Positions 12,401 through 24,400 of a DNA stretch of 64,000 nucleotides are shown one piece after another. The DNA is taken from assembly GCA_050575255.1 (NCBI GenBank), contig JBNZDD010013732.1:10838394-10902393 (forward strand), written 5' to 3'. The stretch is from Harriotta raleighana. Lineage: Eukaryota. The notes under the pieces are model-generated. The model ran no database searches. It was not told the origin of the DNA and saw nothing but the letters and a program-made list of their open reading frames with translations. The translations under genes and the position numbers were made by a program. The first letter of the stretch is position 1; the number at the start of each line of letters is the position of its first letter.

Positions 12401-15400
12401 GGTCTTGAGGTGTGCCTTGAAGGAGACGAGGGAGGGAGTGAGACAAAGCGAATGTGAGATGAAGTTCCAGTGGGTGAGGGAAGGGATGATGTAGGCCCAA
12501 CACCAGGTGGGCCGGGTGGCAGCCATGCAGCACTTGATGTCTGACACGCAGTCTGTTAGGGCATCAGTGGTCCTGGGATTGAGGGTGGAGACAGACTGAT
12601 AAGTTGGATGTGATCTGCGTACATGCAAAAGTTAACTGCTCATGATGATGCCACCAAGAGGGAGCATGTATAGGTTGAAGAGTAGAGCTGAGGACAGAGC
12701 CCTGAGGGACACCGCACAAGACCGTGCAGGGGTTGGAGGAGAAGCCTCTGTGGAGACAAAGTGGAGCCTGAGTGAGAGATGTGATCTGAACCATTCAAGG
12801 ACAGAACCTCGAAGGTTAAGGTGAGAGGAGAAGTGGTAGAAGATGATAGAATTCATAGTGTCAAAGGCAGCAGAGAGTTCGAGGAGACAGAGGGAGCCCT
12901 GGTCACAGTTGGACAGTATGTCGTTTGTCACCATGATGAATGAATTGTTGGCAGCACGAAAACCTGATTGAAGGTGTTCACAAAGGGAGAGGCAGGAGAG
13001 GAAGGAGTGAAGCTGGCAAGGAACCACCCTTTCAAGCACTTTGGAAAGGAAAGGAGGTTGTAACTGAGGCGATATTTAGTGAGAAGGGATGGATCCAGGG
13101 AAGGTTTTTGTTTTACGATAGGGGTGATGACAGTTATTTTTATGGAGGTGGGAATGGTGCCAGTTGACAGGAAGAGGTCTGAGAGTAAAAGGGAGAGGGG
13201 TTAGCACTGGGATGTAAGGAGAAGAGTAGGCATGGGGTGGAGGGAGCAGGTGGGCTTCATGCTGGTTATAGTAGTAGTGAGAGAGGAGGGGGAAACGGGT
13301 TTGAAAGTGTGGAGGAAGGGATGGGGAGGATGTGGCAGTTGAGAGGGTGGAGGCAGCCGAACGATTCCGGTGTTGAGGAAACCCAGTATCTCCTCGCAGT
13401 TGAAATTGGAGGAGTTGACAAGACAAATTGCCATGTGGATTTGAACTGAGCTGAATACTAATCAGCAGAACAGCTTTAACTGCACCAGCATTTTTATTCA
13501 ATGCTTCTTGTGAGGTTTGTGAAGCTTAGATTTTTTTTGTACAAAGCATTGTTTGGAGTTAACTGGACGGACAAAAGTTTTGATTTTGTTTAAAATTGCT
13601 TGGTTAAAATACATAGCCACAGCCCTATGAGACATCAAGATGACAGGGAATTCATAGCTGAACAGGGGCTGGAAATGGGAATGCAACTCAGTTGCAGTCG
13701 CAGACAACTGGCAACAAGACAAGTGCTCACCTGTATTCACCAAAAGCTCCATCGTCCTCTTTCATGGGCTGAATCTCTGGGTCTGCATGTGCATCCTCCT
13801 TTTCCTTCACTAAACACCAGAAAAATATATAGTTTAAAAAGTTTGTTTTTCCCACCCCCCATCCCCGCCCACTCCAAGATAATGCCAGTTTTTGTACAAA
13901 CACCAAATTACAACACTTAATTAATACCCAACAGGAGCAGAAATCCAATTTTTACGAAAATGATCTTAGTTTTAGATGTGGGCAAACATGAGGCATCTGA
14001 ACCATTTTTGCCGATCCTTTTATGGTGTGTTTTTGTTCACTAAAGCTTTGTTGCTGGGATTCTGGAAGCGCTATAAAGAGAATCTCCGTCATTTAATAGA
14101 TTGCTGGAGACCTGAATGCAGATGACCACTCGTTGTGATCAATTAGAGTGTATGCAACTCAATGGCGATATCTCAGTGTGCAGGTTCAGACATGTGAGGT
14201 GCTGTCATGGGGACACTGTACAAGCGATACCCGTGGGCACACTGGGCACGACAGAAACACTGGGACACTGTAGAGTTGTGCATAGGTACTCTCCTATCAA
14301 AATGGAGCTTGACTGCTGTGTATTATACCATATACTGTATTTTGTGTTGTGCAGTAATGCCTCATGTTTAAATGGAGGAAGCTCAACATGTAATATAACA
14401 GCATTCCTAAACAATGAATCCGAATAAACTTGAGGTGCACACAGGGGCACTCGCCATGTTACTCAAGGGCCCCCTGACTGGGTGTGCACAATGCATGTAC
14501 ACATACTTGTGGTATACGAGAGATGCTTGCGTCGTCCCTAAACAACGACCCAACAATGTGTGCATATACAATATGATTCATATTCGATTGTGTCTCCCCC
14601 ATAAAGGGGGAAACAGCAAAGAGAGGAATTGTGGCTCAACATTACATTAACAAAGGTTGGCAGAGAGGGGGTTTCACCCAACCGTGTAACTACATTCTAG
14701 ATATAAGGCAGCAGTTCTCAACCAGGGGTACATGTACCCCAGGGGATACAAAATTACTTCCAGGGGGAACAGGTGGAGGTACATTCACTTATTTAGCATT
14801 TTATAGCCTTCCAAATTGTATATTTAATTATTATCCCCCTCGTTTTGTATGTGCTAGTTATTTTGTTATATAAGAAAAGCTTGGTCATAAAATACAAGTG
14901 GAATGAGTGGTGGTGGTACAGGTGGTGTGTGTGTGTGTATATATGGTTGGGTGGGGGTACACGATAATGTTGAAAATTAACAAGGGATACATTACTGAAA
15001 AAGGTTGAGAACCACTGATACAAAGGACAATCAAACCTACAGACAAGTGAATCCCTGCCACTTATGTATGGATTATACTGGGTGTTATGTGTGTAGTGTT
15101 TTTCTTAACTCTAACAGGAATTTTTGATGCACATGAAAATATATACTTTATTATGTTCATTTTATTAAAAAGGACACTGTGCAGAAGGTTAGCATGGAGA
15201 CAGTGTTCAGGAGGTTTATGGGGATGGTGAGCAAGAGGTTAGCAAGGGGCAGTGTGTATGGTTAGATTTACCTGGATATTTTCCTCCTTTATTCCTTTTG
15301 ATGAAGCAGACGATCAACAGAATCAGGATTAAAAGGGCGATGGCGCACATTAAACCAATGAACCATCCCTGGGTGGCGATATCAACCTGTCGGCTAGCCA

Positions 15401-18400
15401 TGGCTGTTGCGTTATTGATCAGAAAAAGAAAATAGCTCAAATTAAAACACGGTCTGAGGTTGCCACTGCCTGAAAAAGCTACTGAACCAACCTGAAAAAA
15501 CATTTTAATCTATTGAATCCTGTTAACTTTATACTGCAGTTATAATGACTTTAAAATGTTGTGCTTAATTAACATCAACAAAAAGAANTGGTCTGAGGTT
15601 GCCAACTGCCTGAAAAAGCTACTGAATCAACCTGAAAAACCAGTTTAATCTATTTAAAAGGATTCAATCTATTTCAAAGATTGAATCCTGTTAACTTTAT
15701 ACTGTAGTTATAATGACTTTAAAATGTTGTGCTTAATTAACATCAACAAAAAGAGCCATTCTGTAAAAGATCCAGTCTTACGTTTTTTCCTGGGCTTGCA
15801 AACCTGAAATCATAAACACGTTTCACTCAACACAGATTAAACCACATTTTAACAGTGACCACTTTGTCATTTTCAGCAGTTGCACCTCAGGTAACTGTAC
15901 AAATGTTTTAAGTTGCTGACAACAGTAACTGTTTTTTCCAAAATGTCAAACTGTGTCGAATTATCAAACTGTTATCTTTCATTAACTACAGTTTTGAAGC
16001 TGGAGTTTGTGATCGCAGCAGGGTTGGCAATAATATCAAGGACGATAGAAATTCCAACTGGGTCAAGGTGTGATCTATTTTTGGAGTCAGCCCAGCTCAG
16101 ATGGTGTCAGCCTGGTTCACAGACCAGTACAGTATTGGGGGAGCGCGGCAATATTCTTGGTGTTGGCTACCTGTTCAGTGACTGAAAGATCCCGAGGTAC
16201 TATTTGAAAAGGGAAGAGAGTTTTTCAAGGGATCTTTGTCAACAATCCCTCAAATAAAGCTGGTCACTCACTTCATGGCTGATCATGGGACATTTCTGTA
16301 CAAATTGGCTGTGGCATTCACACACAAATACACGCATAACAGTTAATCCGCTTTGAGTTGTTATCCTGACATGAAAGCTGCTCTAACTTATGCAATAATC
16401 ATTACTAATGTATCATTTCACAGTATACAGAATTTCTCAAATGATAATAGTCTTTAATTATGAATCTTTTTTCCTTGAAGTTTCTTGTAAGACCTACAGA
16501 AAACAGGCTTCAATTTTAAAACTGTATTTAAAAATTTGCCAAATTCTGTATCCTCTGAAACAGCACCACTTTGATAAGAGCAAATCTGGATCCAGGTGGA
16601 ATTTCTACTCATCCAATTAGCCTGGCGTTTTGGAAGAGAGAATCACCTCAGGTTAACACTCCTAACACCTCAGGCTACCACAGAACCTTATCTGTAGATG
16701 TGCGGTTGTGGGTCCTCAAGTGTTTAAGTGCTCTGAGACACCGTCCGGCGTGGGGGGTGCCATATAAATCAAAGTTGTTGTTGTAAAGGATAGTAACAGA
16801 GAAACCATGTAACTGAACCTAAGTTCCGAAGGCATAAGAGTCAAATGCCTGCATGAGATCAGTTTGTGTGTGTCTGAGCTCCTCACACACAGGCTGAGCC
16901 CCTCACACACAAACTGAGCCCATTACATGCAGACTGGGTCTGTCACACACCAACTGAGCCTCTTACACACAGACTGGGCCTGTCACACACCAACTGAGCC
17001 CCTTACACACAGACTGAACCAAAGGCATAAGAGTCCTTATCATGAGATGAAAGAAAAATGATTCTGAACTATTGGCGAGGAAGATAAATAAAGGGAGAGC
17101 GAGACATCAACCTATCAATTGCAAGGAAATCTAAAGACATGAAAGCAAAATGCAAATAGGGAGGACATTTGGCAATGAGATCAAAGGGAGAAGTGATGCC
17201 CTTTACCAGAAATAAAAAGTAATGGAAAGGCATCAAAGAACGTCCTCAAAAACTCAAAAAAGTATTCATCACTCTGTGAAGATGAGAATGGGAGGAGGAA
17301 CAATGAGACAAATAGTTATTGAAATATTCTGTTAACATGAACTCAAAGTAAAATTGAAACAACTGCCAGATTATAATTGTGGAACATCCAAATGCTATTT
17401 CGAAATAATTGCCTTTTAATGTGCTCCGCAAACTGAGCACTTGCATTTGCTGAAGTCAAAAATGAGTTGACGATTGGAAACGTTTACTGTTGTTATCATT
17501 CATGAAAAAAAGCACAAACCACCAGCAGAAACTTGTCCACTGTGTTGCCTTTACAGTACAACCTGGAACACACACACACACACAGAGAAAAACACACCCC
17601 GCAAGAGCTCATATAATCAGATACAAGGACAATACAAGCTCTGAATTGTGATATGTATAACACTGGTGGTATTCTCGTAATCAGAATTTCGACTCTTTCT
17701 CTGGGCAAACCCTTCATCATCAAGAACCAAATACTTGAATATTCAGAGATTTTATATAAAACAAAACATATCAGTCCAATAATTGTATACAATGGTGCTT
17801 GGATAAGTGGCAATCATCAAGCAACAGATGGAATCAAACCTAAAATAGCTGTTCACAAGACTTTAGCACATCCAGGTCTAATGGACATGAGGAATGAAGG
17901 ACAGTGAAAGCATACGAAGCACAGTATCCATTTTGTTTTTATGACTCAATTATTGGAATTTGTTTCCATCTCCATTTCCTTTTCCTATCCTGGAACACAC
18001 CGCACTGTCTGAGGGGGGTTCCTGAGGTGAGTGCCAAGATTGGGTCCTGTCCTGTGTGAGTAACATGTATCACCCTGCTCTGTGACCTATGATGGTACAT
18101 ATAATTTTATAAGTTTTAAAGACATGTTCTTTAAAACATAATTTTGTCTTACAAAATTTGGGAGAGGTTTTGCCTTTCGAGCCTTCAATCACTGGCTGCC
18201 TCTGCAAAGTTTGCGACCAGCAGACTTGAAGAGAGAGGTCTGGGGACGGGGCAGGGCAATGAGATTTAAAGGTCAACTTTCACAATGTTTCTCAAGTTTA
18301 CTCCTTGCAACTCACTTCCTCCTCACCACATTAAAAGTCCAACTGAAGACCAACACTTTGATTGCACTTTTGATCAACTTTCCTTGCTCTACCCCCAGCA

Positions 18401-21400
18401 TGTTTGCCAAACCAACAGTGTCAAGAAATTTGGATATTCTCCTGACATGAAAGGCACATTTGCATTGGATTGCTCTTTGAACCAAGACAAATGGCCTCAT
18501 TGTGCACTGTAAATTTCTATAAATCTAAACCACAGTGATTCAATTACACTCAAAAGTGTGGACTATAGTTCAACCACTGTCTCTCCCCTCAGGCTGCCAA
18601 AACCCTTGTCCATGCATTCATCACATCAAGGCTTGACTATGGAAACTAGCTCCTCATTGGCTTTCCCAGCTCTTACCTTCACAAGCTGCATTTCATCCAG
18701 AACTCTGCAGCTTGTATCTTCTCCCAAACCCCATGACCACATCACTCCCATACTTACCCAGCTCCATTGGCTCCCCATCCCTCAGAGGATCGTATTCAAG
18801 ATTCTCGTCCTCACTTTCAAGGCCATTCACGGCCTTGCCCCCTCCTATCTCTCCCACCTGCTGACTCCCTATGAACCTGCCAGCCCCCTCCATTCAGTGG
18901 GCTCCGGTCTGCTCTATGTACCCTGCCCAACTCCCCTATTACCGGTGGACGGGCTTCCACCCTCTCTGCCCCCACACTCTGGAACTTCATCCCACAGTCC
19001 CTTCACCTCGCTTTCTCCCTTGCCTCCTTCAAGGCCAGTCTCAAGTCGCTTCTCCTTGATCGTGCCTTCTACTGCCCTCCCATCTCTCTCCCTCCCCTCC
19101 CAACTCTCTCCTGGCCCTCTCCCCTATCATGCCCCTCTTCCGACCTGACTGTTCAGTGCCTTGGGATGACCTCCCGACCTGAAATGCGCTCTATAAGTGT
19201 AATTTTATTGTTGTTGGGGAGGATCTTTAGAGTGGTGAGTTTAAAAGAAAAGTCAGTGTTTACAAGCACAGACAAGCACACGGAGGCATAGAGACTAATT
19301 GTGGTTGAGAATTTCCTCCAGCCACAGAATGTTGCACAACTTTCACTGTTCAGTTGTTTGGATTTGTTTTTGAGAGTTTTGAGTCTCAGCCAAAATGTTA
19401 AAAAGGATACTGCCCTTCACAATGGGGCTACAGTGGCAGCTGCTGTTTCCCCTTGTCAAATGCAGAAGGACTGACTGCATCAACATCACTGGTTACCAAG
19501 ATAAACTGATAACACATAAATTGATTCAAAATGCTGTGTATTGTTCAACAGTAATTATAAAGGCAAAATCGTGTTGTGACAACCATTAAGATTGAAGTAC
19601 AGATCGACGGAATGACGTAAAGAGGGAGTGAAGTGCAGAATGGGGGGGGGTGAGATACAGAGCGAGAGGGTAAGGTACAGAGAGAGAGAGTGAGATACAG
19701 AGAGAGTGAGGTACAGAGAGAAATAGTGAGGTACAGAGAGAAAAATTGAGGCACAGAGAGAGAGAGAGGAAGAGATCTGATATCACATAAATTGATTCAA
19801 AATGCTGTGTATTATTCAACGGTAATTATAAAAGCAAAATCATGTTGTTTCAGTCAGCAGTAGAGAGGTACAGAGAGAGTGTGAGATACAGAGAGTGGGA
19901 GAGTGAGGTACAGGGGGAGTGAGCTACATAGGGAGAGAGTGAAGTACAGAGGGAGAAAGTGAGGCACAAAGCGAGGGAGAGACTGAGGTACAAAGTGAGG
20001 GAATGAAGCACTGCATTTGCTCTCCAGACATGACTTGCTGAGGAACCCCAATGTAACACACAGACCTCCACAAAGCAACCACCAACTCTGCTGGAAGACA
20101 CAAAGGGACTATCAACCTGACCTCAGACTAAGCACAACACTTAGCAGCACCCAGATGTCAGGGAAAGCAAAACCAACATTGAAGATGGAAATGAAACTGG
20201 AAATTGCTCTCTGCGATTCCAAAGCCATCTTGCAATTTATAGCATGGGACCTCACAAAAGGAACAATAATGCAAGCACTCCCCAAGACAAAAGGTAGATG
20301 TTTGTAAGCAGAGCCTTGACAGTATTCTCTTGCCAGCACACACAAGTTTCAGAGCAATTGATATTCGTCACATAGCCACTCTGCAAAATACATCTCCCGG
20401 CTTGTCAGAATGAAAGAGGCAGGGCTCATAATTCTACTGCTGGCTGCCTCACCTGGTGGGCCTGTCTCAAACCGCACGTCGCTGCTTCGAAACTGGTCAG
20501 AATGACTCTCAGCCACAACCCGAGCTTTGTAAACAGTTCCAGGCAACAAGCCTTTCAGCACAAAGAAGGACTGAGTGCCATTTATCAACTTTCTTTCCAA
20601 AGGCCCTTTACCTAAAAGAAGTGCATGGAGACAATGAACTCAAATAATCTTTACGTTCAACAAAAGGCTGTAAATCGTATTAAATGGTACAATTTTTACA
20701 AGTGTACATGAGCAGGATGGGTACATGATTATCCCTTAAGTACTGGAGAATAAGCTTTCTTTTGACATTGCTGTGCATAATTGCCTGCTATGTTCTCCCA
20801 CAAGACCCACAGTCACTGCATTTTACAGCATATCCTGTGAAGTGCTTTGGGACGACCTCTGACGTGAGCTGTACCAAATGTAGGGATTACTTTTTAAAAT
20901 AAAAATGAAGACTGTCATCAGATTCTACCACCCCCACCCCAACACAATTTATTCTTTCAAGTAGCAGGAAGATTTAGTCATCTCGATGCTAAATCGGAAT
21001 TGTTTGCTTTCTTTTTGCAATTGTAACAGCAAGTCAACAAGCGATCTGTGGATCACACGTTAGGGTTGGGTCTCTGAGCGCAGACCTCTTCAGGAAACAG
21101 TGAATGAGGCATTGCCTCAGACTACACAGCACTTGACACTCCAACAGTCCTCAAGCGGGCAAGGCCAAACATGCTCTGTCAAAACACAGGCTGCCCAAGA
21201 AAGGAACAGGGAGATCCTAACAATCCTGGAGACTGGAGGAAATTCCAACAACAGGAAAGTGATTGCACTTTCTAACATGGTGAGAGGGTGTATTTTGAAG
21301 GGAAAGTACTTTCCTTGGACTCTCCTTCCCCTGACCAGGAATTTGTGCCTCTAAGTGGGAAGCAAATAGGAGTGAACACAAGTGAAAGCACTAATGCATT

Positions 21401-24400
21401 CTCAGATTCTTGCCACGTCACAAAAATGATGGCTCCAATGGGGTGGCCTGCACAGTGCTGAGCAGATTCAGCAGGTACCACACTTAGGAAGGATGCAAAG
21501 TTGCTGTGTCATCTCATTAAGCACTGCACCCACGACTGTTTGTGAATCTAAAATCAAAAGATCAGAATCTGCCTGCTGTGGAATTCAGCAAATACAGGGT
21601 TGCTACAATGCAAGGATTGGACTTAATGCAAACAAGCCAGAATCCAAAGTAGTTTCCAAAGTAGTCACTGGAGCTTAAGTTCTATTGTAACAATGCTGAC
21701 AGCTTCCTGCACAGTGACATGTAAATGAGTACATTAAATGCCACCCCCACCCCTCCCAGGCACTGGAAAGTCAGTGCTTCAGACCCAAATTGGGGTTGGG
21801 ATCAGGGCGGGTGGAGGGAAGGGTGGGAGGAGAAAGGGAAGCATAGTCGAAGAGGAGGATCTTGAGGCGGAGATGCAGAGGTGGACATTTAAACTGTTGG
21901 ACATTTTAACTGCAGTGTGGAAATGAGCCATCAAGCAAATAGGAGTGTGCAAATTTGTGAATGGATCTGAACGATTAAACCCAGATACTTTTGATTGTAA
22001 CAAGGCAATAGAAGAGGACATAGGTTTAGAGTTGTAAAGAGCAATTTCAGAACAGATATCAGGAAGTTTTTCTTTACTCAGAAGGTAGTCAACAATTGGA
22101 ACAGCTTGTCAGGAAAGATGGTTGAGGCCAGGACACTAGACTCATTTAAAAAGCAGTTTGATGTTGTGATAGGGGTGGGGGGAATGATAGGGTCTTCTGG
22201 GGAGTTATGATCAGAAAGGCTTATCTTATTATTGGCTGCAATGTTTGCTTACAAATGTAATCTCTATATTTGACAGCAATTTTCTATAAAGTACTTTGAG
22301 ATGATTTAAATATGATAGGTGTAATTTTAAAACGCTAGAATTATCATTCCTCCTCCTCCCCACCCACATCCCCATTCCCTTCCAGATTCCCAGCCAGCTG
22401 TGTTAATGGCTTTAAATGTAAATTGTATTGTATCATCATTGGATAAGGAATCTCATTCAATCTGGGGGTCTAATTTTATGAGAGGACACAGCAACTGACT
22501 TGGAGAAAATGAACCAGATGACATTTCTGAATTTAATGGAACTCTCTGGATGTAACAAATGTAGAATCCAATGAAATAGTCTCTTACTGTCAGCTAGCTC
22601 ATACTCAACATAAAAGTGCGCATCCATCTGGTCAAACTCCCAACTGATATTTGCATAGGTTCCAGACGTGGTAATATTCCTAATTGCTGGACGAGGACCC
22701 AGGACTAAATGAGCAACAGAAGAAGAAATAGACGGGTGAACATCAGTTATCAGTGGAAGTAGATACTGCACTTTAAAGACTTGAAATACGTCAACACATG
22801 AATAAATGCATAGCCAAGTAACAATTTGAGGAAAATACCCATGGTCTGTCTGTCTATTGCTAGTGTGACCAATTTACACTGTTCACTATAACTTTATCAA
22901 ACTTGATCAGTGATACTTCCTGGTTGAGGTGTACATTGACTGTATTAAACTGGATAGTGATCTCCCACCAATTGAGTCGGATCAATTTTGGTGAACATAA
23001 CAGCTCTGTTCATAGCAGAAACTGGAGTCAAATTATTGTCAAGGCATTGCCTTACTACTTCATATCCCGCAGTGTTTCCAGGGCTGCGGAAACCAACCAT
23101 ATAACAATAGTTATTATTTAGGGGAAGACGGCAGCGTAAAGTGCTTTCAGCCTGGCGACAAAAGTGCTTCTCCAGCTGGGAAACCTGCAAACCTCACTCC
23201 AGCTTACAAGAATTCAGCATTAAGGCCAGTTCCGGTCAAGGTCTCATGAGTGTGGCCCGAGGTAGATTGGTGCTGCACTTCCCAAACTAAGCCCTTTGTC
23301 CAGAGGGAAATGCACTGATTACCTGACATTTTCCTTCTGAATTGTTTTCCCAACCCCACCCACTCTTGATTCTGGCATGGTTCTGCCAGAGATAAAGTCA
23401 CTCAAGTACCAGCAAGCATGCTTTGTGACAATTTCAAGAGGAATTCCCTGTTGAGCGTATTTGCTGAACAATCACATCAATTATTCAATAATGCAATGAA
23501 ATTAGAGGAACCAGCTACAAAGTTGTAACAAGGTCAACATGCACAGCATTCAAATTATTCTACTCCGCATACTCAAAAAAAAGCACTAAATTAATGGATG
23601 AGGGCTGGTGCCCTCACCCACCAATCTCAGTAAATATCTCGCTGTGTGCTTACAATAACTATAATGCAATCTTACAGCTTCATTTAATTTTACATTCATA
23701 ACAATGTTATTTGCTGTAGTTATTTGTAAACACACAGCGAGTAAGTTTAGCAGGATAGTGATCAGCTCACATCAGCACCGAGCTCTGCACCACATCTTTG
23801 AGATTTTAGTTGTGCATTATAGTTCCCCGTCAATGAAACTTCATATGTTAAAATTTTACAACAGTCAAATAATGTTCCATCACTGAAAATCACAAAGCAA
23901 AATGCGCAATATTTGCAGATCTCTAGAAAGGACATTAAAACTCCTTACTTCCAAATATTTTTTATGGAAACTACCCTTTCAGCTCACTCCTGCTCATTCT
24001 GCCCTCGTGGATGCTATCAGCTCATGCAAAGTGCAGAATAGCCAGTTCAGAGGCTTCATTTCCTCACTTTAGTAAACCCATGTCTGTCGCAACATATTCA
24101 CTTCCCAACACTGCTCCTTCACTTCCTCGGTTACTCCTTACTTTTTAAAGGGTCTCATGTGAGATGATAGTTGTCTTGCATTGATACTGTAAATGGGCCT
24201 GCTGTACAAATTCCTTCTTCGCAGCATTTCTGCATATTTGTGTACGTGAGTGTGGGTGAGCTGAGTGAATGTGAGATTGCGGGCAAGCATGAATGTGCAT
24301 CTGAAAATGCCTATGAGTGTATAAACTTGTACACACCGGTCAATGTGTATCCCTGTACATGCCTGCCTGTGTGTTCTGTGTACGCCGGGTTGTTGGTATG

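Noticed and set aside
15451-15753. Near-perfect ~140-bp tandem duplication just upstream of the TM exon acceptor
   Set aside because: The two copies are separated by a single N (15588) and differ by small indels, typical of two haplotypes or contig ends joined in assembly.
17456-17562. Strong-looking acceptor ((tg)n ttccag) opening a 35-codon frame to a stop upstream of the TM exon, a possible secreted-isoform terminal exon
   Set aside because: The tract is mostly a TG microsatellite; no homology, good donor or other support.
16870-20000. Repeat arrays as possible CRISPR-like structures
   Set aside because: Eukaryotic intronic minisatellites with no unique spacers and no cas genes.
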